Assembly (NCBI RefSeq): GCF_001455205.1
Contig: NZ_CP013341.1
Span: 2,369,303 to 2,401,302, forward strand
Direction of reading: 5' to 3'
Origin: Nitrosomonas ureae
Lineage (GTDB): Bacteria > Pseudomonadota > Gammaproteobacteria > Burkholderiales > Nitrosomonadaceae
Length of the DNA: 32,000 nt
The notes beneath the pieces were generated by a model that worked only from the letters and a program-made list of their open reading frames with translations, had not been told where the DNA came from and did not search any database. Below, in pieces: positions 16,772 to 24,368 of the stretch (the stretch's first letter is position 1; every line of letters begins with the position of its first letter). A program made the translations under genes and the position numbers.

Positions 16772-17031
16772 TTCTGTCAAGCTTTCAGTCAATGATTTTG
16801 AGCAGGTAAAGATTGCTGCCATACATCCGGACTTTGTATGAGGCGCATTGCCCCTGCCCCTGATGGAATTTGCTGAGTAGCGCCTTATCACCTCAGCGTG
16901 CTCTATGCACTGTGTGCTGTTTAGGTTTAGCTACTCACGGTCTGACCAGTTTCGCCATCATTGTCATGATTGCCCGTGCAATCGGTTGAAATTTTTCTCC
17001 TTAAATCTGCTGCAGTGCTATCAATAAATTT

Positions 17032-18087
17032 CTATGCAACACCATAATCATGCTCGGCAGCAACTGATGTCGTAGCGCGATTATGGTGGAATGTTGTGCC
17101 TTGGGCGAGCAACGCCCAGATAATACGAGCATTTTTATTCGCTAGTGCAACAGCAGCGATATTCTTGTTGCGTCGAGCTATCAGTTTACGCAACCAGCTT
17201 TCTGGTTCTTCCTTATTTTCAGCAAAACGGATGACTGCTCTTGCTCCGTGAATCAGCAAAGTGCGCAGATAAGTGTCGCCACGTTTACTGATGCCGAGTA
17301 ATATCTGCTTGCCACCACTGGAGCACTGTTTTGGCACCAATCCAAACCATGCCGAAAGTTGCTTGCCGTTCTTGAACTCTGTGGCATTTCCAACTGTTGC
17401 AACAATGGCGCTCGCCGTAATCGGGCCAATACCGGGAATAGCTTCCAATCTTTGACTGGCTTCGTTCTCCTTGTGCCACAGCTTGATCTGCAATTCCAAC
17501 TCTTCTATTTGTCGACTTAGTTGTTTGAGATGATCATTCAACTGTTTCAGTAAATGACGCATTGATCCTGGTAAATCGTTTCCAGCATCTTCCAGAATAT
17601 CCGGCACCCGATTGATAATCGAACGGATCCCTTGTGGGATAACAATACCAAATTCAGAAAGCAGGCCGCGTATCTGATTTGCCTGTGCGGTTCTGGCTTT
17701 GACGAAACCTTGCCTGGCACGATGCACTGACAAAATGGCTTGTTGCTCAATATTCTTGATCGATACAAAACGCATGTTGGGTCGGCTTACCGCTTCGCAG
17801 ATCGCTTCCGCATCTGCCATATCATGCTTGTTGGTCTTGACGTAGGGTTTGACAAATTGGGGTGACATGAGCTTGACGGTGTGCCCAAATTCGCACAGCT
17901 TTCTCGCCCAATGGTGTGAACTACCGCAGGCTTCCATCCCAATCAGGCAAGGCTCCAGATTGGCAAAAAACTTTGACATCTCGCTACGGCGCAACTGCTT
18001 GCGCAGCAACGCCTTACCATACATATCCACGCCATGAATCTGAAATACTTCTTTTGCCAAATCAATGCCTATCGTTGTAATCTTCAT
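17032..18087 (-). CDS. IS110-family (DEDD) transposase/recombinase
   Basis: 351 aa. MKITTIGIDLAKEVFQIHGVD..CLIGMEACGSSHHWARKL..NKHDMADAEAICEA plus the C-terminal IPGIGPITASAIVATVGN..FGLVPKQCSSGGK..GISKRGDTYLR. GGAG lies 8 nt upstream. Confidence 0.9.
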   Translation of the reverse strand: MKITTIGIDLAKEVFQIHGVDMYGKALLRKQLRRSEMSKFFANLEPCLIGMEACGSSHHWARKLCEFGHTVKLMSPQFVKPYVKTNKHDMADAEAICEAVSRPNMRFVSIKNIEQQAILSVHRARQGFVKARTAQANQIRGLLSEFGIVIPQGIRSIINRVPDILEDAGNDLPGSMRHLLKQLNDHLKQLSRQIEELELQIKLWHKENEASQRLEAIPGIGPITASAIVATVGNATEFKNGKQLSAWFGLVPKQCSSGGKQILLGISKRGDTYLRTLLIHGARAVIRFAENKEEPESWLRKLIARRNKNIAAVALANKNARIIWALLAQGTTFHHNRATTSVAAEHDYGVA

Positions 18088-18158
18088 GTCGGACGCTCCT
18101 CTCTTATTTAGTGGGCTTTATTGCACTACTACTTTGGCACTTCGATGCCGTTTAGGGT

Positions 18159-18171
18159 AGTGGGCGTCCAT
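18159..18171. repeat. Subterminal IR of the IS110-family element (5' side)
   Basis: agtgggcgtccat. Confidence 0.7.
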
Positions 18172-18185
18172 TCCATTACCTCATA

Positions 18186-18510
18186 CTTGACCATGTCACT
18201 TTTTGTGCGGTTCATGTCGTCGCCTTTTTCGCCAGCAAATTGCAGGCAATAAAGGAAGTCAAAATTCAGCCGAAGTAAGCAAAGATGCAGTCGTGCCGGT
18301 ATCTGTAACCATCATTCATGAAGCCATCAGGAAATCGTATTTCGATGCGATTTGAAAATGTTAAATGGTCACAAGTAGCAACCTGTGTTTAAGCAAAGCA
18401 AACTGCGTTTGCTACGGCCACAAAGCGCAACGCTTGAATGTTGTTCCAGCTACCTGAATAGATGCTATTAATTGTTGTTGAATTGTTACTAACAAGCTTT
18501 AAGGATAAAT
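18186..18510 (+). pseudogene. Inovirus copy A: degenerate 3' remnant of the zot/pI gene
   Basis: Nucleotide similarity to 21690-21996 (copy B) and 29200-29524 (copy C), for example gatgcagtcgtgccggtatctg and ctgcgtttgctacgg.caaagcgcaacgcttgaat. In-frame stops are present (..NCVCYGHKAQRLNVVPAT*). Confidence 0.7.
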
Positions 18511-18514
18511 AGAA

Positions 18515-19030
18515 ATGAAATTGATAAATTCTGAATCCGTTGAACGAACTGATGAACTTGTTGGTATGGTTTGTTATTCCATGTTTAATCATCTGCAACG
18601 TTTGGCAAATTTGTATACGCCTGAATTTGATTTTGAAGCGGCTATAAAAATTCAGGAAAATCCATTCCAACTCCAGGCAGCAGCGTTTTTTCAAAATTTA
18701 CGCCTTGCCGCTCTGGAGAACAATTTTTGTACTTTGCTTTTGTATTGTTATTATGAGTCCCATGATTTTTATCAATTCAAGCGGTTAACACCATATCTGA
18801 CATCAAGGAATCACCTGCTTTGTAATAAGATACTTAATCCCTATCATGGTATTGAGGATGAAATCGTTCTGGATTTTTTTACTCGATTTGTTATTAAATT
18901 CAATAGAAATTTAAATTTTGAGCACTTCATTAAAGCCAAAGTAAATGTGGTTATGCGCACGTTTAAAATTCATGAAGAGCAGATCACGTGCCTGTTCCCA
19001 CAACGTCAGCCTTTAGCAACGCTTCATTAA
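18515..19030 (+). CDS. Hypothetical 171-aa protein in the post-zot slot of phage copy A
   Basis: ATG 18515 follows AAGGA right after the zot-remnant stop. No recognisable motif. Unrelated to the ORFs in the same slot in copies B and C. Confidence 0.5.
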   Translation: MKLINSESVERTDELVGMVCYSMFNHLQRLANLYTPEFDFEAAIKIQENPFQLQAAAFFQNLRLAALENNFCTLLLYCYYESHDFYQFKRLTPYLTSRNHLLCNKILNPYHGIEDEIVLDFFTRFVIKFNRNLNFEHFIKAKVNVVMRTFKIHEEQITCLFPQRQPLATLH

Positions 19031-19051
19031 CCCGCATCAAGCCCAACGGTT

Positions 19052-19099
19052 GCGCCGCCGACCGGCGCTTAGAGCATGCCGCTAAAAGCGGCATGCTCT
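19052..19099. repeat. Two adjacent perfect hairpins (6-bp and 12-bp stems)
   Basis: gcgccg-ccgac-cggcgc (19052-19068) and agagcatgccgc-taaaa-gcggcatgctct (19071-19099). They lie downstream of ORF 18515-19030. Neither strand has a U-tract. Confidence 0.4.
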
Positions 19100-19198
19100 A
19101 CGATTCCTGACTCAATTTACTTTTAATCTGAAAATACCCTTTTTGCCGAACGGGCTTATTAGATTGTAGATGAATCAACAACAATTCATCTAATCAAC

Positions 19199-19522
19199 TT
19201 AGTTGAATAGATTAGGATCAATTATTAATTTATTTATAACTTTCTTGACACCTTCAACTGAATGCGCAATATTGTGCACTTTTTCTTCTTCGGCTTTTGA
19301 TTTCACCGCCCCAGTAAGTACAACAATTCCGTTGTTATCTGTGTCAACTTTAATATGTAAAGAATCAATATCCTTTGCGACAAGTATTTTAGATTTTATT
19401 TGAGTAGTAATAGCCGAATCTTTAACAAACTCGCCAACACTCGAATTTTCCGCAGAAACTACTGCAGGAACAAAGAATATGCTTATTAAAAGCATACCAG
19501 TAATTAATTTTAAATTTTTCAT
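19199..19522 (-). CDS. BON-domain (OsmY-like) periplasmic protein
   Basis: 107 aa. Signal peptide MKNLKLITGMLLISIFFVPAVVSA, then DSAITTQIKSKIL..IKVDTDNNGIVVLTGAVKSKAEEEKVHNIAHSVEGVKKVINKL, a BON domain pattern. Confidence 0.8.
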   Translation of the reverse strand: MKNLKLITGMLLISIFFVPAVVSAENSSVGEFVKDSAITTQIKSKILVAKDIDSLHIKVDTDNNGIVVLTGAVKSKAEEEKVHNIAHSVEGVKKVINKLIIDPNLFN

Positions 19523-19599
19523 ACTACTTACCTCAGATAATTAAAATTAAAATATATAGTGAGTGTCAACCACTGTCTGTGCGCTTTCCAACTCAAGAC

Positions 19600-20227
19600 A
19601 TCTGCGTTTTTGTTAACAGAGCTTAAGAACCGCGGTATCAACCAGTGCAAAACTGGCTTACGACAAGCGCCAACGGCAACTGTCAAGCACGGTTGGCACG
19701 GAGATCACAGCTACCAATATGACAACCCCGGGCAGCTTAAAAAATCATTTCTCCGGATAGCAGCTTCCTAAATTACACCTACGATGCCGCACACCGATTG
19801 ACCGGTATTGCTGATAATCTCGGTAACCGCGTGCAGTATATGCTGGACAATATGGGCAATCGTACCCACGAGCAACGGTTTGATCCGCTTAATAATGTGA
19901 CGAAAACCCAGCAACGGGAATATGATGCGCAAGGTAACCTGAAACAAATCACCGATCCGTTGCTGCATACCACCGTTTATCAATTTGATGTACGCAACCG
20001 TCTGAAGCAAATCACCGATGCGGCCAGTGGCATAGCCGGTTAAACGCTGGATGTGCTGGATCAAATTACTCAAGCATCCGATCCGCGCGATATCGATACC
20101 GGGATACACTACCAATGGTTTTGGCGACGTCATGCAGGAAATATCTGCCGATCGCGGCACCATTGACTCCACTTACGATAGCGCCAGAAATCTCAAGACG
20201 GTGATTGATGCACGCGGCGGCAAACGT
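19600..20227 (+). pseudogene. Rhs/YD-repeat protein internal fragment, degenerate
   Basis: YD repeats spread over three frames: ..SYQYDNPGQLKK / IISPDSSFLNYTYDAAHRLTGIADNLGNRVQYMLDNMGNRT..REYDAQGNLKQITDP..YQFDVRNRLKQITD / ..GYTTNGFGDVMQEISADRGTIDSTYDSARNLKTVIDARGGKR. There is a stop at 20041 and frameshifts near 19739-19744 and 20100. Confidence 0.7.
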
Positions 20228-20880
20228 ACTGCTGTTTCATTGATTTGTGAATTATTGTCTATCTGCAATGATGCCGGGCAATGGATGTTTTGCACATCAG
20301 AAGCAGATCAAGTAGAAAGTCTAGTCGGTGGCAGGGTTGGCAATTATGAACTGCGCCACTCGCTTGAGCTTTTGATGTTGATCTACAGGGGTTGTGCAAA
20401 TCAAGTATGGGGCACTTCTTTCGACACTGGCGGCGTTTCCTATTCAATAATCAGTGATCGCAGATAAATGCAGAAGTACGCCTTCTAAACAAAACCACAG
20501 GCGCGGATATGGGAGAGGGCAAACTCAGAAAAAATTGAGAAGTAACTTCTCACCTCAGCCAATAGTACCGGTGACAGCAGAAAACTGGGATTCCAAAGCA
20601 TCACAGCTCAATGATGATCGCTTTGTTCCTGAACTCATCAATAAAGGTGAAAGTGTGCCTTCCGGAGTATCAACGCCGACACTCGATCAAAAGAAAGGGC
20701 TTGGCTTCGAATCAAAACCCACCAGAGATTCAAGCGAGGGCGCGAAGACCCAACCACGGAAATAGAAGCCGTTGACGCGGGTACCACCGATAATCCGGGG
20801 CGCGTCCTTATCAAGGAAACACAAACGACGATTAAGTACGACATACACAACAATCAAATCAGCAGCACCACCAGCTACAC
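20228..20880 (+). pseudogene. pIII-like adsorption protein remnant (copy B)
   Basis: TAVSLICELLSICND.. matches TAVSLVCELTDICNV.. of copy C. ..DWDSKASQLNDDRFVPELINKGESVPSG..LDQKKGLGFESKPTRDSS is also shared. It is split over at least three frames. Confidence 0.75.
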
Positions 20881-21035
20881 TCGCAAGCGCAAGGATACTT
20901 CAGCGCTATACCTTACTTTGCTTTGCAAACCTTAAACCTGGCAGGATTCGGGCAGGGCTTGGGCATCATCATGGGCGCAATTACATTTCGCATGACCTTC
21001 GTACTGCTGCCTAAACTGGGAGTGATACCGAAATG
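20881..21035 (+). pseudogene. pVI-like (DUF2523) C-terminal remnant (copy B)
   Basis: Matches copy C from 28398 (..QGYFSAIPYFALQTLNLAGFGQGLGIIMGAITFRMTFVLLPKLGVIPK). It is fused to the pIII remnant by the deletion. Confidence 0.75.
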
Positions 21036-21996
21036 GTCATCATACTGACGGCAACGCCTGGCTGCGGAAAAACTAATCACGCCGTATGGAGCCACATTAA
21101 ACCGGCGGTGGAAAATGAACGAATAGTTTACGTTTGCGGCATTCCGGATTTAAAGCTGATGCACATCAAATTATTAATTGCCAAGCTTAACACCTGGGCG
21201 GAACGCACACCCATAGACCCCATTGATCCCGAAGGTAAGCAAAAGCTCAACAATATAACCGAAGGCAGTCTCATTGTAGTGGATGAAGCCGCTTATCCGT
21301 GGCCGGCCATCGATCTGAAAGATCCTCCAGAGTACATCAAGTATCTTTCCCAGCATAGAAAGCACGGGCTTGATTTCCTGGTAATCACGCAATCGCCCAA
21401 GTTCGTGCATCCGTTCGTACTGGAAAACGCAGATAGGCATATTCACCTGAGCCAGGAATGGTCAGGTAATAAGCAATATGAATGGTCGGAATACTGCGAA
21501 CCCGAAACTGAAAACCAACCGGGCCAATGCAGTCAAGAAGCCGTACAAACTGGAAAAGAAAGCGTTCGAATTGTATTACTCAGCCAGCCTGCATGTAGAA
21601 AAACCGAAACGCGCGATTCCCAAAATGGTTTATGCGGCAATTTTCCTATTATTCGCAGCTCCGGCAATGGCCATGATCACTTATGGGCGCATTACTGACC
21701 GGTTAGCCGATCCGAATTGCAGAAAATAAAGAAACTGAAAAATTAGCCGAAGTAATCGAAACACAAAATGATGCAGTCGTGCCGGTATCTGCAACCCTCA
21801 CCAATCAACCCATCAGAGAATCACTTTCCATGTTATCTGAAAATGTTGACTGGTCACAGTTGCCGCTTGTGTTTCAAGCAAAGCTAACTGCGTTTGCTAC
21901 GGTCATAAAGCGCAACGCTTGAATATTGTTCCGGATACCTGCAATGCTGCCATTAATTATGGTTGGATTGTGACTAACAAGATTTAGAGGAAAACA
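21033..21996 (+). pseudogene. Zot/pI-like assembly ATPase, frameshifted (copy B)
   Basis: The first ~165 aa are nearly identical to copy C (GTPGCGKTNHAVW..LIVVDEAAYPW). A 2-nt gap relative to C near 21497 shifts the frame; ORF 21478-21729 carries the continuation. The 3' part is degenerate but ends ..NCVCYGHKAQRLNIVPDTCNAAINYGWIVTNKI*. Confidence 0.8.
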
Positions 21997-21997
21997 A

Positions 21998-22360
21998 ATG
22001 AAAACAGTAAATTATGAATATGGCATTTACAGTTTGAACCTAAGCCAATCCGAAATTATTATGCTCGCATCAGGCTATGTTCCTTACGTTGCTTTTGAAA
22101 CTGATCCGGAAATTCCTGATGATGAAACACTCTGGATTTACTATGATCCGAAAGAAAATGACATCATTCCACATATTTATCCTTTCCCGTGCCGAATTAT
22201 TTCTTATGTGAGCTTTCCGCATCAGACCATTCTCACGCTTAAGCCAGATGAATTTAATGCTGAGCTTATGGAAATGATAGAGGAATTTAAAACGAAAATG
22301 GAAAGGGCGGGTGAATGCGTGCATTCTAATGCATCACTGCCGCAGTACGCTTTAACGTAA
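21998..22360 (+). CDS. Hypothetical 120-aa acidic protein in the post-zot slot of phage copy B
   Basis: ATG 21998 follows AGAGGAAAA, 2 nt after the zot stop. No recognisable motif. Confidence 0.5.
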   Translation: MKTVNYEYGIYSLNLSQSEIIMLASGYVPYVAFETDPEIPDDETLWIYYDPKENDIIPHIYPFPCRIISYVSFPHQTILTLKPDEFNAELMEMIEEFKTKMERAGECVHSNASLPQYALT

Positions 22361-22520
22361 ATTACTTTTTTCCGCTATATGAAAGCTATTGATTTTATTT
22401 TTTATAAATTACTTCTGCCAACTTATATTTTATTTATTGTATTTCTGAGAAGTAATAATTTTATTTCGCCCAAACGCTTTCAGTGTTTACTATTCGATAT
22501 ACCCGAAAGAATGACAAAAC

Positions 22521-22616
22521 GCCTTTAAACCCCGACTAGTAGCAAATCTTGAAAGGGGGGCCTCGAGGTTTTGCCAAAGGCAAAACGTAGGGGTTCTCAA
22601 GTTTGCGTAAACGGGT
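22521..22616 (+). repeat. Conserved ~95-bp phage-end block, copy B (contains the imperfect hairpin 22548-22601)
   Basis: About 90% identical to 29825-29919. Similarity between the copies ends at about 22616 / 29919. Confidence 0.8.
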
Positions 22617-22706
22617 CTATTAACGGAACATTTTTTGCCGTGCCATACAAATTCATCTTCTGTTACCCTGATGACTTAAAATACTATGGTAATTTCAGTG
22701 ACAATA

Positions 22707-23498
22707 TTATTGGCTTATATTTGTCGAATTACGGGGTAGGTTATTATTTACTTTCCACTCTTCCAAATAATCATATAATGCACGGAATTCATTAGGCTTA
22801 TTTTCTCTAAGCTTGTAAAGCAGTGGATCAAGTAGCATCTTTTGATCTGCATACCAATGACCATTGTCAATAGCTCTTAATATTAATTTTAAACCATCCT
22901 CATAATTCTCTAAAGATATCTTTACTAGTCCTAAATTAAAGCGAAAAATTGAATTTTCTGGAAAGCGCTCTACTAAATCGGCAAAAATATTTTCAGCATT
23001 CTTCATATTGCTTGGTATACGAGAATTCATTAATGCCAATGCTTTTAAATTGAGTACATCTACAAAGTCTGGTCGATTAGCCAATAAAATATCAGACAAA
23101 TCAATTGCTTGTTGAATTCTGCTAAATCTAATTAATAAATGCGTGATATTTCTTAGTAGTTGCTCATTCCAATTATTGTTTGAAACTTCTTTAGTATACT
23201 GTAGAGCAAAATTACCTAATTTTTCGATTTGATTCATACTCATTAAATCTTTTAATGACTCCACAGGAGTATTCGTCGATAAAAGATCGATTAATGTTTC
23301 TGAAAGTAATATGTATGATTTTATGGATTCTTTTGTATCACGAAGCTCAAAAGTTGCTCCAAGAAGTTTGAAATTACTTAATGATTGAAGCACTCGCTTA
23401 ACTTCTTTGTGGAAAATTAAAAGACATACACTAAGTAAAAGTAGCCAAAAACCTGATTCTATAAGTTTTAATGTTATGATTTCTGACATATTTATCAT
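22707..23498 (-). CDS. Membrane-anchored helical-repeat (TPR-like) protein
   Basis: 263 aa. One N-terminal TM (GFWLLLLSVCLLIF). The C-terminal half has TPR-like repeats (..VDVLNLKALALMN.., AENIFADLVERFPENSIFRFNLGLVKISLENYEDGLKLILRAID). The gene is very AT-rich. Confidence 0.5.
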   Translation of the reverse strand: MINMSEIITLKLIESGFWLLLLSVCLLIFHKEVKRVLQSLSNFKLLGATFELRDTKESIKSYILLSETLIDLLSTNTPVESLKDLMSMNQIEKLGNFALQYTKEVSNNNWNEQLLRNITHLLIRFSRIQQAIDLSDILLANRPDFVDVLNLKALALMNSRIPSNMKNAENIFADLVERFPENSIFRFNLGLVKISLENYEDGLKLILRAIDNGHWYADQKMLLDPLLYKLRENKPNEFRALYDYLEEWKVNNNLPRNSTNISQ

Positions 23499-23615
23499 TT
23501 CAATGTAAGGCTAAAGTCTATCATATTGCCTATGTTTCCTTGTTTTTCAATTTTAACTAAACGGTTAATATTTTTTTCTTTCTGCCGCTAGGCTGCAGAT
23601 TATCTCTTTAATTTT

Positions 23616-23849
23616 ATGTCAACTTATACAAAACTTAATAATCTGTATTGGAGAATCCGCTATATGCGTAATAAATCAGAGAAAAGGAAATTTTATAGAT
23701 ATGTATTTAAGGAAAAAAAACGCCTGATTGAGTTAGGCGTTGATAAAGAAGAATTACGTTTGCTTTGTAGATCGCTTAGTAACACGCTAAATTTAAACGC
23801 CGAGAGAAGGCTCTCACAATACCGAAAAGACAATTTTGTAAGTAATTGA
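23616..23849 (+). CDS. 77-aa highly basic helical protein
   Basis: K/R-rich (..RYMRNKSEKRKFYRYVFKEKKRLIELG..). It is convergent with the repressor gene, 18 bp apart. No clear RBS. Confidence 0.35.
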   Translation: MSTYTKLNNLYWRIRYMRNKSEKRKFYRYVFKEKKRLIELGVDKEELRLLCRSLSNTLNLNAERRLSQYRKDNFVSN

Positions 23850-23867
23850 TTATTATATATATTAAAT

Positions 23868-24239
23868 TTAGTATTTTACACAATACAAATTGTTTACGTG
23901 TCCACTGAGCAATTGTCCAGCATGAGTAGGGGTTGAAGTCATTGAACTAAACGTAAAAATAAAAGCAGCGGTCACAATAGATGCTGCTCTATTAAAGCAA
24001 CTTTTGAAAATTTTTATTCTTTCCTCGTCTTTTTCTGTCACTAGGTTACTTGCAGCAATTACTTCTAGCCTATCAACTTCGATAAAATCTGCTAGTTTGA
24101 TGCAAACCGCGTCCGGTAATCCTTTTTTCCCTGCTTTAACGGCTCTAAGCCCACTATCATATTGACCGAGGTATTCAGCTAATTTAACTTGAGTGCCTGC
24201 CTTTTGTTCGCCTAACTCAATATATTTTTTCATATCCAT
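23868..24239 (-). CDS. Phage HTH repressor (Cro/CI/YdaS-like) with a hydrophobic C-terminal segment
   Basis: 123 aa. HTH GTQVKLAEYLGQYDSGLRAVKAGKKGLP..CIKLADFI. It is divergent from the replication module. The C-terminal AASIVTAAFIFTFSSMTS looks like a TM or signal-anchor segment. Confidence 0.65.
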   Translation of the reverse strand: MDMKKYIELGEQKAGTQVKLAEYLGQYDSGLRAVKAGKKGLPDAVCIKLADFIEVDRLEVIAASNLVTEKDEERIKIFKSCFNRAASIVTAAFIFTFSSMTSTPTHAGQLLSGHVNNLYCVKY

Positions 24240-24292
24240 AGTATAAATGTCCTGTTGAAAGACAAAATTTTGTACGATAACGTGCCGTATAG

Positions 24293-24337
24293 ATAAATAT
24301 TTGTCGGATTAAATATTGTCTGGATAAATATTACTTC
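24293..24337. promoter_or_regulatory. Three tandem 14-16-bp iterons in the repressor/rep divergent intergenic region (candidate operators)
   Basis: ataaatatttgtcgg (24293-24307), attaaatattgtctgg (24308-24323), ataaatattacttc (24324-24337). Each contains the palindromic core AATATT. Confidence 0.45.
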
Positions 24338-24368
24338 TCAATTTTCCTTAAGTCAAGCAGGGGTATTC

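Larger units (their letters stand above)
16751..18185 (-). mobile_element. IS110-family insertion sequence with IS1111-like architecture (ends approximate)
   Basis: Complete transposase gene. 13-bp inverted repeats ATGGACGCCCACT (16759-16771) and AGTGGGCGTCCAT (18159-18171). About 280 bp of non-coding DNA lies 3' of the gene and about 95 bp lies 5'. Zot-remnant homology starts directly at about 18186-18192. Confidence 0.75.
20228..22616 (+). mobile_element. Inovirus copy B: 5'-truncated, internally deleted, frameshifted prophage remnant
   Basis: Collinear with copy C 27274-29919, with a ~437-bp deletion (C 27961-28397). It lacks the repressor, rep, gV-like and coat genes. Confidence 0.8.

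Noticed and set aside
18350-18375. dif-like fragment (aaaatgttaaat), part of a general search for an XerCD dif/attP 28-mer near the phage ends (22600-22640, 29900-29940)
   Set aside because: Only a partial match to the XerD arm, and it lies inside the zot-homologous coding remnant. No convincing 28-mer was found at the junctions by eye, so a proper matrix search is needed.
19768-20172. 134-aa minus-strand ORF (also 19779-19973)
   Set aside because: It is antisense to clear YD-repeat coding sequence on the + strand, so it is a shadow ORF.
20772-21014. ORFs 20772-21014 and 27848-28063 (K/R/S/T-rich), conserved between phage copies
   Set aside because: They are out-of-frame readings of the pIII low-complexity linker. 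Their conservation simply reflects nucleotide identity between copies B and C.
22571-22795. Tracked ORFs 22571-22795 and 29853-30068 (MPKAKRRGSQVCVNG.. / ..LPKAKCRSSQVCVNG..), which look like conserved small proteins
   Set aside because: Their similarity comes from the conserved non-coding terminal block. Conservation starts about 50 nt upstream of both starts, ends about 15 codons in, and the rest of the two ORFs is unrelated. The shared part forms a hairpin with a compensatory change.
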